Shown: in pieces, positions 12,704 to 24,810 of the stretch
Numbering within the stretch: the first letter of the stretch is position 1
Layout of the letters: every line of letters starts with the position of its first letter
Source of the DNA: Hyaloraphidium curvatum SAG 235-1
Taxonomy: Eukaryota; Fungi; Monoblepharomycota
Assembly (NCBI GenBank): GCA_025558095.1
Contig: JAIVFI010000033.1
Span: forward strand, 124,001-188,000
Length of the DNA stretch: 64,000 nucleotides
Direction: 5' to 3'
The notes under the pieces: model-generated
What the model was told of the DNA's origin: nothing
What the model saw: only the letters and a program-made list of their open reading frames with translations
Databases searched by the model: none
Translations under genes and position numbers: made by a program

Positions 12704-14687
12704 ATGCTGGATGGGGCCTGGGACGACGCGTCCGCCGCAGTTTCTGGAACGTGCAGTTCGCCGAGCCGCCCGTCGGCAACCTCCGCTTCGCCTCCCCCGT
12801 CTACGGCCCGCGCGCCTGGGAAGGGACCCGCAACGCCACGTTCGAGGGACAGTGAGCATTCAACGTTGGTCTGGAAAAGCGATTCACGCTGACGGAGGCC
12901 CGACTCTTTGCCAGGACGTGCTGCCTGCAGTTTGCGTCCGCCAACGCCTCTCTCGGCCGCCCTGTCAACTACACCGAGGACTGCCTGTACCTCAACGTCT
13001 TCACGCCCGGAACTTCGCGGGCCGTGCCGGAAGGCGGATTCCCCGTCGTCGTTTACTACCACGGAGGATCTCATCAGACCGGATGCAAGGACCTCTCGCT
13101 CTTCAACGCTTCGAGGGTGACGGCTACGCAGGACGTCGTCTACGTCGTTCCAAACTGTCGGTCATCGTGTCGCAGCTCGACGCGCGGGGCTTCGCACGTC
13201 CATGTTGCTTGACCGTTGATCACCGACAGACCGCCTCAACATCTTCGGCTTCATCGCCGGCGACGCCATACGCAGCGCCAACGGCTCGCTCAACTTCGGC
13301 CTGCAGGACCAGCGCACCGCGCTCCGCTGGGTCCAGGAGAACGCCCGCGCGTTCGGCGGCAACCCGGACAATGTTACGATCCAGGGCGAGTCGGCCGGCG
13401 GCCATTCAGTCAGTTGCATGCAGCGCGATCGAGCGCATTACCAACTCTGATGACGTCGTTCAACGCCGAAAAAGGTGATCTGGCAGATCCTCAACTCGGA
13501 CAACACGGGCCTCTTCCACCGCGCGATCGCGGAGTCGCCCGCCCCGTGGGGTCCCCCGAGCCCCCAAACAACCGCAGCGCAGTACGAATTCGTGCTCGGC
13601 CAGCTCGGGCTTAACGCCACCGCTCCGCAGGAGGAGCAGCTCGCGGCGCTGAAGGATGCGCCGGCCGAGATGCTTCTGGAGGCGTCGGCCAGGCTGGACC
13701 TCTACCCGAGCGTGGACGGGACGACGGTCAAGGGCAATGAGCTGGAGCTGGTCGCGCGGGGAGAATATGTGGGCAACCTGAGCGGGTTGATCATCGGAGA
13801 CAACGACGACGAAGGGTGGGAGGCGTCAGAAGGCGCTGTTGCATTCGGGCTCAATCTCCGCTTCTCAAGCAGGACGGTCTTCGCCGCCGGCTTGGGTTTG
13901 ACCAACCCGCGCGCCGTTGGCGCATTCTACGAGAGTTTCGGACCCGAAATCAACGCGACGCTTCACGAACTGTACCCAATTGGGACGACCAATCGGTCTG
14001 CCTTTGCCGCGGCTTCCAACGTGCTGGGCGATGCTTTGGTGGGAGCGCATCTGCAGCTTCTGAAGTGGCTTCTTATCCGCTCGCATCAGTTCTACGTCCC
14101 GATTCGCGAGTTTGCCATTGCTGCCGCGGGCAACATCACTGATCAGCTGTTCAAGTACCGCTTCTCCGGCATTGTGTCCTCTGCTCAAGTTCCGGGGCTC
14201 CCCCTCGGCTCGTTCCATGTGAGCTTACCTCGTGCGATTCGCGATCACCCGCAACGAAGCCAAATGCCAGGGAGTGGAGCTTCCGTACGTCTTCAACGCC
14301 TCCAACTTCCTGAACGCATCCGAGCAGCTCACCGCCGACAACATGGTCCACCTCTGGACCTCGTTTGCCTCCGGATTGCTTCCCCCCTCGGCTTCTGGAA
14401 ACGATTCCGTGCCCGCTTGGCCCGCCTACCAAGGGCCCGGCGGAGAGGTCCTGCAGATCGGGCCCGAAGGCGGAACGCTGCGCATCGTCCCGGATTCCCA
14501 GCTCAAGCACTTCAACGAATCGACGTACAACCTGCTTGTGGAGATGCTCGGGGTGGGCGTGGCCGGGGCGTCGGGGAGCGCGGCGCAAAGGCCGGCCGCT
14601 GAGGATTGGGCGATCGGGCGGCTCCTACTCGCGGCCGGGAACCGGGATGGGGAATGGAAGGGCAGGAAGAGGCTCTGGCAGATGTAA
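12704..14687 (+). CDS. Type-B carboxylesterase/lipase; 5' end anomalous
   Basis: [39 protein letters not shown]...[24 protein letters not shown]. Confidence 0.85.
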
Positions 14688-14893
14688 AGGGACAGGTCCC
14701 TAAGTAGGATCGAGTTTGAATGCGGACGAACAGCAGCTGACGGAGGGAAGACGGGCGGATGCATTGCGCGCGCGGCCAACTGCGCGGGGCGTCCACACCC
14801 CTGCGACTCCGCGCGTGACTCCCGGAACGCATCGCGGCCGCGGCTGCTCGCCAACCGCGCTCCGTTGCCGAGCCGGCATCGATCTCCGCCGCG

Positions 14894-16381
14894 ATGTCTT
14901 CTCTCTTCAAGAAGGCGCCTAAAGAGGGGGTGGTCCGCGTCGAAGCGTCCAAGGCGGCGCCTGTCGTCGGCGTCCACTCCTCGGCAGACGCGGCGGCCAT
15001 CCTCGGCGTTGATGACCCGGAGGTCGAGTCTGATCATGAAGGTTGGCACCCATGCCCTCCTTTGTCGCTTCGCGGGCACCGGAACCTGTGGTTGACGGGC
15101 GCCACTCAGCCGAGGACAAGGCCGCGGGCAAGATTCAACGTTTCTGGAAGAAGAAAAAGTCATCCTCGAAAGAGAACCTGAAGCCCGTTGCTCAGAAGGC
15201 GGCGACGGCGCCGGCTCCGAAGCCTGCCTTGGACGAGGACACTGCGGCGACCAAGATCCAAAGCTTCTTCCGGAAGAAGAAGGCTCAAAAGGAGCCGGAG
15301 CTTCCGCGGCCCGTTGGGGGCACCCAGCCCCAGGTTCTGGTGTCGCGTCGCACAGTGGACGATGAAATGGCCGCCTTCGAGAAGGCGTTGGCCGAGGGAC
15401 CGCCGAAGTTCGAGGAGGAGGCAGCGACAGCCTCTCCCGCTCCGACGCTGACGGAGGATCAGGCTGCCCGCAAGATCCAGAGGGCATGGAGGAAACACGA
15501 AACGTACCCGGAACTGGAGCTGAAGGAACGCCAGACGGACGAGGCCATTATCAGCAAGGAGATCGCGAGCGAGGTTTGATCCGCCCAAGCCAATTGCTTC
15601 CGTCACTCACATCCCGTTCTTTCTCAGCTTCGTCGCCACATTCCTCGTCGACTCCGAAATTCCCCTCACTGGACCCTCCTCTACTCCCTCACTCAACACG
15701 GATCTTCCATGTCGACCCTGTACCGGAACCTGCTCAACGGCGGCCCCGTCTTCCTTTCGATCAAGACAACAAAGGGCAAAGTCTTTGGTGCCTTTGTCTC
15801 GGAGCAGGTGCGGGTTGCCGACGACGGAAAGGGGAACGCGCGGGCGGGCAAGACGGGTGGTTACTACGGAACTGGCGAGAGGTTCGCGAGTGACGCGATC
15901 TTTGTGGTCGTCCCGCTAATCTTCGCCCAACTAGCTTTCTTTGGCGAGTGCTGCCCAAAACCGCAACCGCGGACGGTTCTACGACGGAGCATCCAGAGGT
16001 GCACACGATGAAGGACGGCTCGCGGCTCTGGCTCCACGAGGCTTCCATGGACAACGATTACTTCATTTCCACGCAGCAGGACTGCATTATTCTCGGAGGA
16101 GGCGGCAAATCGGGTGCCGTGGCTCTCTACATCGCGGCGGATCTCTTCAACGGGTACAGCGACGGCTCGAGTCCGACGTACAACTTGGGAGGCATTGCCC
16201 TGGGGTCCGACGAGGATTTGCCGTGAGCAGGTCTCTTCTTGCTGGCGGGATCAGGACTTTAATCCTTGTTTCGCTCCCCAGTGAGAATCTGACCGATCCG
16301 GAAGCCCGCAAGAAGGTTGGCAAAGCCGACTTCCAGATCGCGCTGATTGAAATCTGGGGTTTCGCGCGAGACTTCATCTGA
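14894..16381 (+). CDS. TLDc (OXR1-like) domain protein with three N-terminal IQ-like motifs
   Basis: WTLLYSLTQHGSSMSTLY, VFGAFVSE, YYGTGE, LGGG, IEIWGF; motifs KIQRFWKK, KIQSFFRK, KIQRAWRK. Confidence 0.85.
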
Positions 16382-16572
16382 GCTACGTCGTCATGGAGAT
16401 TTAGATTGCATTTGAATCGAGTTTAGCGGCAGCTTTGCGATAGGTCGATCGCGGTCGCGGTCGATCGCGAGGTCGTGCGTCTAGCTCGCATCCGTCATCG
16501 ACTTCGAAAGCTAGCGCGTCGAGCGCCTTGAGAGCCCGCCGCCGTGCCTTCTGGGTCGCCGTTCGTGACGAA

Positions 16573-17377
16573 ATGACCGCCTCTCCTCCCGATGACGCGT
16601 CGAGCGGTGCCCTCCCGCCATGGCCGCTCTCGGAACTGGTCCTCCTCGGCGAACGGTTGGCACCGTACACTCCTTCCATCCCCTCCATATTCATCGCGTC
16701 GACTTCACTCCTCTCCCTTCTACCTGTTCGCGAATCTCTGCGGCGTCGCGAACCGCTGCGCGCTCTCGTGCTGCTCGCGTCGGCTGCGGTCTCCGCTCAC
16801 TACCATTTGCTGAAGACGGATCTCTATTACCACGCTGTGTTTGGAGAGGCAGATGCAGCTGGACGGAGGCCGGCACGGGAGGCCGAAGCCGGAATGTACA
16901 TGAAGCTAGCGAGTGCCGTGACACTTGCAGTTTATCTTCTCGCACCGGGCGAAGGCAGCGCGTGGATCAGAAAGGCAAGAGGAACAGCGAAGTTGAAGCT
17001 CTGTGTCTGACCGTGACCGTTCGCAGATCTTTCGCGCGAAACCCGACACTGTGCCGCGTCGGCCCCTCGGCCATCTGGTTCAGATCTTCTTCCTGCTCAC
17101 CGCCGGTGCGGATTTCGTTCCCAAGGACCCCACCTACAACCCCATCCGCGTCGCTTTGAGCTTCTTTAGCTACGTGGTTTGGTGGATGCTGACCTGGGTG
17201 ACGCTTTGGCGCGGATGGGTAGAGGAGACGGCGGAACCGGAGCCAGCACCTGTGACAGCACCAGGTGTTGAGGACAGTGTCAAATCAGACGCTGCCGAAC
17301 TCCCGACAGAGTCATCGCCTCCAAGGACACCGTGGAAGCGGAAGACGGCGAAAGGCAATCGTGCGGGAGCGTGGTAG
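16573..17377 (+). CDS. Hypothetical multi-pass membrane protein
   Basis: Several hydrophobic segments; a GC-AG intron at 16975-17026 joins the two ORFs in frame (WIRK|IFRAK). Confidence 0.6.
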
Positions 17378-17418
17378 AAGTGCTGTAGCCCCTTTTTCTG
17401 CGCGTATAAGCCAGCTCC

Positions 17419-18823
17419 TTATATGACCTTGAGCTCCACTTGTATCCCAACCTCGCCATTGCGCTGGACCCGCTTGCCAGCCTTGACACCTACAATGCTG
17501 CAAGACGTCCGTGAGAACACTGCGAAGCCAAGCAGGCCCCGTGCCCACCGAGTGTCGTTTATGCCCCAAAGCTTGCCGTCCTTCTCGACCCTAGCAGAGA
17601 TTGAGTAGTCAAAACGCTCGTCCAGTTTGTCAAGGTCGATCTTAAGGACAAAGTGCTGAGGAAGAAGTATCATAACGCACATTGCGCACGCTGAAGTCTC
17701 ATGACCAACGCACCTGGGGCCACTCGGACTTCTCGGCGAGTTCCGAGACGTGCTCGGCAATATCTATCGCCGCGGCATCGGCTCGCATCGTGTCCTGCGA
17801 AGGAACCAATGAGTCCGTGTGTCGCGGTTGCAGCGACGAGGAAGACACCTGAAGCTTGACAGTTAGCTTCGCTCCAGCAGGAACCTTGTACTTGGCGCGA
17901 TTCTCCGCTGTGTCTTCAATGTTCGCGTCGAGACGGGGATAGACAGCTCCAAAGAGGGAGGTGACCCCAGACTCGGCCGCCTTCGGGGAGGCGGCGGCAG
18001 CGGCCGGGGCTGCTGCTGCTGCTGCTGCTGCCGGTGCAACGCCGACGACCTTAAGCTCCACCTGAAGTCCAACCTCGTTGTTGCCCTGGACGCGCTTGCC
18101 AGCTTTGACTGCGACAGTGCTGGACAGGAACATCGGATGAGCATAGCTTCCGCAATGAACTGCATGCAGCACTCCCACCGGACGTCATTCAAGGCCCACA
18201 GCTTCCCGTCCTTTTCGACCCGGGCAGAGATAGTGTAGTCGTTCCGCTCGTCGAGCTTATCGAGGTCGATCTTGAGTGTGAAGTGCTGAAGAGAGTTGGA
18301 GGGGAGGACGTCAGGGCTTTATCCTGATCGCCGGCAGCCATCCTGTTTGTGCCATCAGGGATATGTGGTAGCCCGTTGGGCTTGTCGGGAGGGCCCGGCC
18401 GCTCTCAACTCGCGAGGTGCGCGGATCACGAGCGCCTCCGGCCACGCTCGCCCACGGACACCCAAGCCAGCAGCAAACAGCACCATCCGGAACTCCCAGC
18501 AATCGCAGACAGGGACTCCACTCGAAGGCAATCAGCCGATACGCACCTGGGGCCACTCGGCCGACTTGTCCGCCAGTTCCGCGACATGCTCGACGACGTC
18601 CGTCGCCGCGGCATCGACCCGCATCGTGTCCTGTCGGATGAATTCAATGAGTGTCTCCGTCCGGCTCGCGACCAAGAGCCGTAAGCACCTGCAGCTTGAC
18701 CGTCAGCTTGGCTCCGGTAGGAACCTTGTACTTCTCGCGGTTCTCAGCCGTGTCCTCGATGTTCTGGTCCATTCGGGGATAGACGGCCCCGACCAGGGTG
18801 ATGATGTTCGACCCGGACGACAT
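17419..18823 (-). CDS. Protein with two tandem YbaY/YscW-like domains, six introns
   Basis: Twice: VP.GAKLTVKLQDTMR.DAAA...WPQHF.LKIDLDKLDER.DY.ISARVEKDGKLW..ND.R, joined by a poly-Ala linker. Confidence 0.8.
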
Positions 18824-19031
18824 TTCGGCGGCAGCACCGGCTACAAGGGGCGGAAATGGGACGGCCAGGCTCAGGGACTCGCGCGGGTTCCCTCCAGTGC
18901 AGAAAATCCCTCGCGGAGCGGGGACAGCGTCGGGCCGCGGCGGATCTTTTCCCCGGAGAGGCACTTCCTGCAGCAAACGTTCTTTCCGAGCCCTCTCCGT
19001 TCGTCAACGAGAGCCTGAAGCTTATTCCTTT

Positions 19032-19082
19032 TCGCCGGAAGCGCTCGCCTCGCAGTTGTCGCCGGAAGCGCTCGCCTCGCAG
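19032..19082. promoter_or_regulatory. 24-bp direct repeat in a bidirectional intergenic region
   Basis: TCGCCGGAAGCGCTCGCCTCGCAG at 19032-19055 and 19059-19082; a regulatory role is inferred from position only. Confidence 0.5.
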
Positions 19083-19095
19083 AGGGTCGTTTGCG

Positions 19096-20242
19096 ATGGA
19101 GCTCGAGTCCTCCCACGTCCCGCATGGCGACTCCATGTCGCTGTTCGACCGCGACATCACGCCCCTGCCACACAAGGACGGAAGCTACAGGATACATTTC
19201 AATCCCCGATGGGCAAATGGAAACGGAAATCCTCTGGGGGGCCTCTACATCCCCATGTTGATGAACGCTGCTGTCCAGGAGATGAAGAAGAAGGGCTGGG
19301 ATTACGATGTTCCGGTGACAAACTACCTCCAGTACGCTCGGTCGGCAAGCCGTGAGTCTGCCCTTGGAGAAAAGACGCTCTCGAGGGTAACCTGCCTTCT
19401 TGGACAGTTTCGGCGACCTGCCGAATTGTCGTCGAGCCGCTCAAGGTCGGCAAGACGATGATCTTCCTGCTCGCCACGCTGTACGAGATCGACGGGTCCA
19501 AGCTCATCCTGTGCACGACCGCACACCTGGTCTACGCCTCGACGAAGCAGATGCCGGCCGGCTACGTTCAAGCGCGGACCATTTCTCATCTCCGACCCAG
19601 TGCTCCTCCCGTGGTCCCCTCGAGCAAGGACTGCGTGGACTTTTTCGACGCCTTCGGTCTCGGCACTGGCCGGAAGGCTGATCGTGGCTTCGTATTCCTC
19701 TGTGACCGCCGGCGGGCGGCCGAAGTACGGCAGCGTGCGACGGCGCTCCGGGGCCGCATGTTTGAAGCAGCGATCACCGGATCCGAGGTTCAGGAGCAGA
19801 TGGACATGACGCTTGAGTGCCTCGTTGGTTTCGTGGACCCCGGCCACGAGCAGCCGCGGCCGCATGATTGGCTGTCCGTGGGCCTGATGACGGATTGCCT
19901 CTGGGCGGTGAGATCGCGCGGCGCGTTCGCTGCTGTCTCATCGCCGACCTGATCTGGGTCCCTCAACAGATCAACGAGCTCTTCGGAATGGAGGCCGACC
20001 CCGCGTACAGATTCTGGTCAACTACAGTGTCACTTGGCATCCACTTCTTCCCGCCGCTGCCGGAACCGTCGAGGGAATCGGAGAAGGGCCTTCTTCTGGC
20101 CAGGGCGACAATCACGCACGTGGCAGGCGGGCTGTCGGAGCTGGAGGCCGTGATTTGGGACAGCGAGGGGAAGCGGATGGTGGCGTCTGCCCGGCAGACG
20201 TGCCTGACGAAGCGCGAGCTTCGCAACCCGCCGAAGCTATGA
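19096..20242 (+). CDS. Double-hotdog acyl-CoA thioesterase-like protein (TesB-like), spliced
   Basis: W..GNGNPLGG, VEPLKVGKT, TVSLGIHF, EAVIWDSEG..VASARQTCL. Confidence 0.75.
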
Positions 20243-20388
20243 TTAGGCACCGCCATGGACATTGTGAAAGGGAACATAGAGTGACTAGACAACTCCCATC
20301 AATCGCAAGGCTATGTACAACGACAGATCTAGGCTCTACCAGTCCAACGCATACTCTGACTCAGGGCCATCGACACGGCCATCAAGAT

Positions 20389-21738
20389 CTAGAACTTCCA
20401 CGGAATGCGAAGCCACCCCATCTCGCCGTCCCCCTCGTTCGAGAGCCCACCAGCAGCCTGCATCATGGCCTCCACGTCCGAGGCATCGTAGAAGCCGGTT
20501 TCCGGATCCCACACACATGGCGGGTCGTCGGCAGTGGCCGACGAGTGGTACTTGGTGTACGGGTGCTCCGCCGGGACTGATGTCGGCACGGCCATGGCAG
20601 GATCGTGGCTCGCGACCTTGCCTTGGGCAGCTGCAAGCAAAAGCGATTGCAATACCGTCGAGGACGGCGCGCCCGAAGACGAGGCCAAAGTCAAGGGGTC
20701 CAAGGAGGCACCGTGCCCCTCGGAAAAGGTAAAGGCGCGCTCTGCAGCTGGCTCCAGGCCTCCGTGCTCCCGCTGCTTCTGCTTGGCGTCGTGCACTGCC
20801 GAGAACGACTTGGCACGCTTGCGAATGATGCCTTCGGTCACCTTCTCCAGCCGCTCCAGACGCGCAGTCACGTCGAGATCGGAACCGTGCGAGTCTTCGG
20901 AAAAGACGGCGGCGCCAGCGGCCATTTCCTCGAGCATCTTCTTGGACTTTGGTCCGCGCTTCTTCACCTCGCGGGTGAACTTGCATTCCTCGCCGTGCGA
21001 CGCGCAGTAGGTGCAGCCTTTGACGGCGCCGGTCGGAGACGAAGCGGCCGGGAAGCCGTCGCAACGTCGCTTCCGCTGGATGCAGAGGTCGCAGGCGTGG
21101 GTAGCTTTGTGCAGCTTGTTCTCGCCCGAGGAGCGGCGCCGCCGCTGGGTTGCAGTCGGCTTCGGGTGGTGCCCGTCGGGAACGCGCAACGACGAGCCGC
21201 TGCTGTCGTATGCGGAGAGATCGAGGTGCGAAAAGCTGACGGCCCGAGCGCTGATATCGTCCAGAACCAGCTGATCGAGCCCCGTGCTCTCGCCCACGCT
21301 GGCGGCCGAAAGGGCCGGCGAGTACTCGTCCTCGGCAAAGCCGTTGCCGAACGTCGCCCCCTGGGCCCCCAGCATCGACGACAGCAGGAAATCGTTCCAC
21401 GCGAGATCATCACCAGCAACACCGACGGCACCTTCGGCCACCAGAGGCTGCATCGACCCGGTGAAGAGGGGCTGATCGAACAGGACCGACTCAGCAGACG
21501 AAGTTTCGTCGTCGAAAGGCTCGCCGATGGGCGGAATCAGCTCGAAGCTCCCGTCGGGATCGGCCGAGAGGTAGCTCGTCTGGTCAGCGTCCAGATAGCC
21601 GACCGGAACGGTCAGTGTCTCGGCGGGGGTCTTCTTGATGCGGCGAACGAAGAGCTGTGGAGACTTGCGGCAGCCCGGGGCAAGCAGAGAGTCGAAGCCG
21701 AAGATGGGCGACTGCGGCTTCGTCAGCAGGGAAATCAT
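20389..21738 (-). CDS. Zn(II)2Cys6 fungal transcription factor, intronless
   Basis: ACDLCIQRKRRCD...CTYCASHGEECKF, followed by KKRGPK and RLERLE. Confidence 0.9.
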   Translation of the reverse strand: MISLLTKPQSPIFGFDSLLAPGCRKSPQLFVRRIKKTPAETLTVPVGYLDADQTSYLSADPDGSFELIPPIGEPFDDETSSAESVLFDQPLFTGSMQPLVAEGAVGVAGDDLAWNDFLLSSMLGAQGATFGNGFAEDEYSPALSAASVGESTGLDQLVLDDISARAVSFSHLDLSAYDSSGSSLRVPDGHHPKPTATQRRRRSSGENKLHKATHACDLCIQRKRRCDGFPAASSPTGAVKGCTYCASHGEECKFTREVKKRGPKSKKMLEEMAAGAAVFSEDSHGSDLDVTARLERLEKVTEGIIRKRAKSFSAVHDAKQKQREHGGLEPAAERAFTFSEGHGASLDPLTLASSSGAPSSTVLQSLLLAAAQGKVASHDPAMAVPTSVPAEHPYTKYHSSATADDPPCVWDPETGFYDASDVEAMMQAAGGLSNEGDGEMGWLRIPWKF

Positions 21739-22691
21739 GGTGCGGGGGAGAGGGTGCTGGCAGAGGGCCGCGTCGGACGACGCAAGCCCGCACGAAGAAG
21801 CAAAACAGCCGGTTCCGAAGCACGAAGCAGGCCTTGGGGAGCCTGCGAGGTGGCCAACGAAGCTCGGTGCCGAAGAGATTCAGATGAGATATACTCCGTC
21901 GCTCCGTGCGGCCGAAACTCCGTTGGCGGGGATTCCGGACGAGAGCGCGTGCGAATGTCAAAGCCGTTCGATTCCTGCCGGGGAGCAAGACAGTTTAGGC
22001 CTTGGAGAGTATTACGGAGGCCTTGAGGCGTGGAAACACCGACCTTGGTGTGCGGGAGAGTGCCGGAGGCCGGCCCGGAAGCGGCCGGTACGAGTGCGGG
22101 CGATTCTTCCGCTTCACACCCGCACCGGTCACTCTGCATCTCCACAGCACCGAGTGAGCGGGCTAAATCCACACGATGCTAAACATTGAGGAACGCCATC
22201 AGGATCATCCCTCTTGTGTCGCGCCGTATGGTCGCGATTGACTTGTTCCGTCTGTTGCCCAACGTTTTCGGACGTGATGAGGCCCTTTCCTGCCCTGTTT
22301 GCCGGATGGAACGCGCGCACTTCTTCGTTCCTAGCTGCCTTCCTGTCTGACTGACGACTAACTCACTTTGCAGTTTGACGCCGACCCCATTCGCGTAAGC
22401 TACTGATCGGGTGACCGATGTCCAAGCCAATTGAGGCGCCAATCGAGGCGGCATGTCCATCACAACGACGATGTCAAGCAAGCGTAAGGGCAGTGATTTT
22501 CGCAAGCGCTTTGAGTCGCGCGTTTGGAATCCCCTCGTGTGGCGGGGCTCGTTTTCTGCGGCTCGGCTGCTTGCCACTGCCGCCCGCGCTTCTAATTGGA
22601 AACGCTCCGGGGGACGCACACAAAAGGGCTCTTCGTAGGTCCAGCAACCACCAACAACCCTTTTTGCAACCTCTCCTTACTTCGGAGCAAC

Positions 22692-23319
22692 ATGTCCGGC
22701 CCCGCCGACGCCGCGAAGCCGACCGTTGGCGCGCCCGCCTCTCCCGTGATCCAAATGTCGGTCACGCCTCCCGCGCCGGTTGCCCCCACGCTCGCCATGT
22801 CGGTCACGCCGCCGACGCTGGCGCGCGCCAAGAACCCCAACATCGACGCCGCTTTGGGCCCCGAGCACGAGACGGAGGCGCAGACGACGGAGGGCCTCCC
22901 CGTGCCAGGCACCGGCGCTCGGAGAGGCTCGGTCGCTTCGGCCGGCTCGAAGGGGTCGAGGAAGAGTTTCGCCGAGTCGATCATGACCGTGCTGAGCACA
23001 AGTGGTCGCGTTATCAAGGTGAGTCCCGTATCGTTGCCTCTGTCGGACGTGAGGGACTGAACCTGGGGGATGGAAACAGAAAGGCGTGCACAAAGCCGGA
23101 AAGGCTATCGAGGAGGGCCTCGCCGCACCGTAAGTTGCCTCTCCATCGACTCGAATGGCCGGAAGGGCATGGATGTCCGCTCGGGCCATTCCTCTTTTTG
23201 GTGCTTTGCGAACCATTCTGATGTGACTCACGCGCTGTCCCCCGCCCAGGTACAAGTACCTGGACGATCTGCCCCCAGAGGAAGCCGCTGCCGCTGCCTC
23301 GGCTATTCGTCCTTTCTAA
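22692..23319 (+). CDS. Hypothetical low-complexity protein, three exons
   Basis: Open frame joined across GTGAGT and GTAAGT introns; contains RRGS and a duplicated MSVTPP. Confidence 0.55.
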
Positions 23320-23445
23320 ACTCGCGGACTTGCGGCTGAATCGGACTCTTCTGGTGACCGCCGTGTGGGGCGCAGTGGTGGACAACATACGAGTGACGGA
23401 TCAGGATAATGTAAATCGACACCTCGATTCATGCGTTGAGCTTCT

Positions 23446-24270
23446 TCATTTCGCGGCCGTCGTCCTGGCATCCGGCGTCGGGTGTCCCGCGGTCCAGCCT
23501 CCTTCCTGTTGCCGTCGCCGATATTCGGTCACTATCACCATTCGCAGAGGGTCCCGATAGGTTTCCAGGGGAGGTACGACCAGCGTCGGGTCCTTGGCTG
23601 CCTCGTCCGCCATCCTGACGAGGATTTTCATGGGCAGAAGCGGATCCGAGGCCTCCAACGCCTCGCACTCGGAAGAGCTCATTGGCCCGCCCTTTGGAAG
23701 CTGCTGTCAGGCGAAGCGACTGCCACCAAAAGACATACGTGAGCTCACCTGATGCCGTAGAGTGCTTTTGCTGGCTTCCGATAGCCGCTCATAGTACCCA
23801 CGATCCCGGGAACAGAGGTACCGTTTCACCTCCACGTGGGCCGCCACCAGGTCGCAAATCTGCTTCGGCAGCCCCAAGTCAAACAGATATTCCGCGCCAA
23901 TGGTCTCGTGTCCAACGATTCCCCAAGTCACGGTTCCGCCGTCGGCCGCCGGGTCCGTCATGTGCTCGTGGAACTGGTGAGGGGAAAGGTGGCCAACATC
24001 GTGGAGCAGAGCGGCCAGGACGGCGCTCTCCCGCGACACGGGCAGCGTCGCAATTTTGGAATCGTTGTCGTAGAAGGTGCCGGCGAAGTGCCCGGCCTGG
24101 AGCGCGTGCTCGAGCTGGGAAACAGGTTCGCCTATGTACCCGCGGTCTCGGGCTTCGCCCAGCTGGGAAAGGAGGATCTCGCACGTCCTCTCGGCAAAAG
24201 CCAAGGCGTCGACATAGCCCGGTGCCGACGGCATTGAAGGCTCGGGAGCGGACGAAGCTACCGTTGTCAT
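23446..24270 (-). CDS. phnZ: PhnZ/TmpB-like HD-domain diiron oxygenase (organophosphonate C-P cleavage)
   Basis: YIGE.VSQLEH, LLHDVGH, GHETIGA, HVEVKRYL, LSEASK.TL..Q|GGPM, R.ADE.AK; one intron. Confidence 0.85.
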
Positions 24271-24810
24271 GGCCACGAGCGGCGGTTCGAACTTTGAACA
24301 TTGACCCGCGGCCCTGCCCGCGGCCTGAGTCTTCGTGCCTCTCCTTCCGGGTTCCGACAGATACCACCTGGTAGCCAGATTGCCAAAACTGCTGAAGCAG
24401 TGAAAACGAGCTCTGGTTTGCTTCCCGAGCCCGAGATGCGACAACTGAGTCATCAACAGGTCGACCAGACGTTGGGCCACGGACAGCTTCGAGCTTCGAC
24501 GAGGACCGCTCTAGTCCCGCCGTTCTACGTACAAGCGTGACGGTGCAGCGTATCTACAATGCTCGGTATCGTGAAACCCTTCCCAGGGGTCCACTGTTTG
24601 GTGTGGCCAACCTTGGCCAAGGGCCGCAACGAGGCGGCAAACAACTTGTAACGACGACGCAGCAAGGGTCCCGAATGACAACAAGATAGCATGAAGCAGC
24701 AGCGGTCCGCCGGCGGTCCGCCGGGTCCGATCGGCGGCGAGGGTCCTTGTCTCCCAGCGCCGCCCCTCCCCGCCGGGCTCTCCGGGCACCGGCGGGGTCC
24801 AGCGCACGGC

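Noticed and set aside
21740-22690. ORFs in the long intergenic region upstream of the Zn2Cys6 gene
   Set aside because: No motifs or coding-like composition; more likely promoter/UTR
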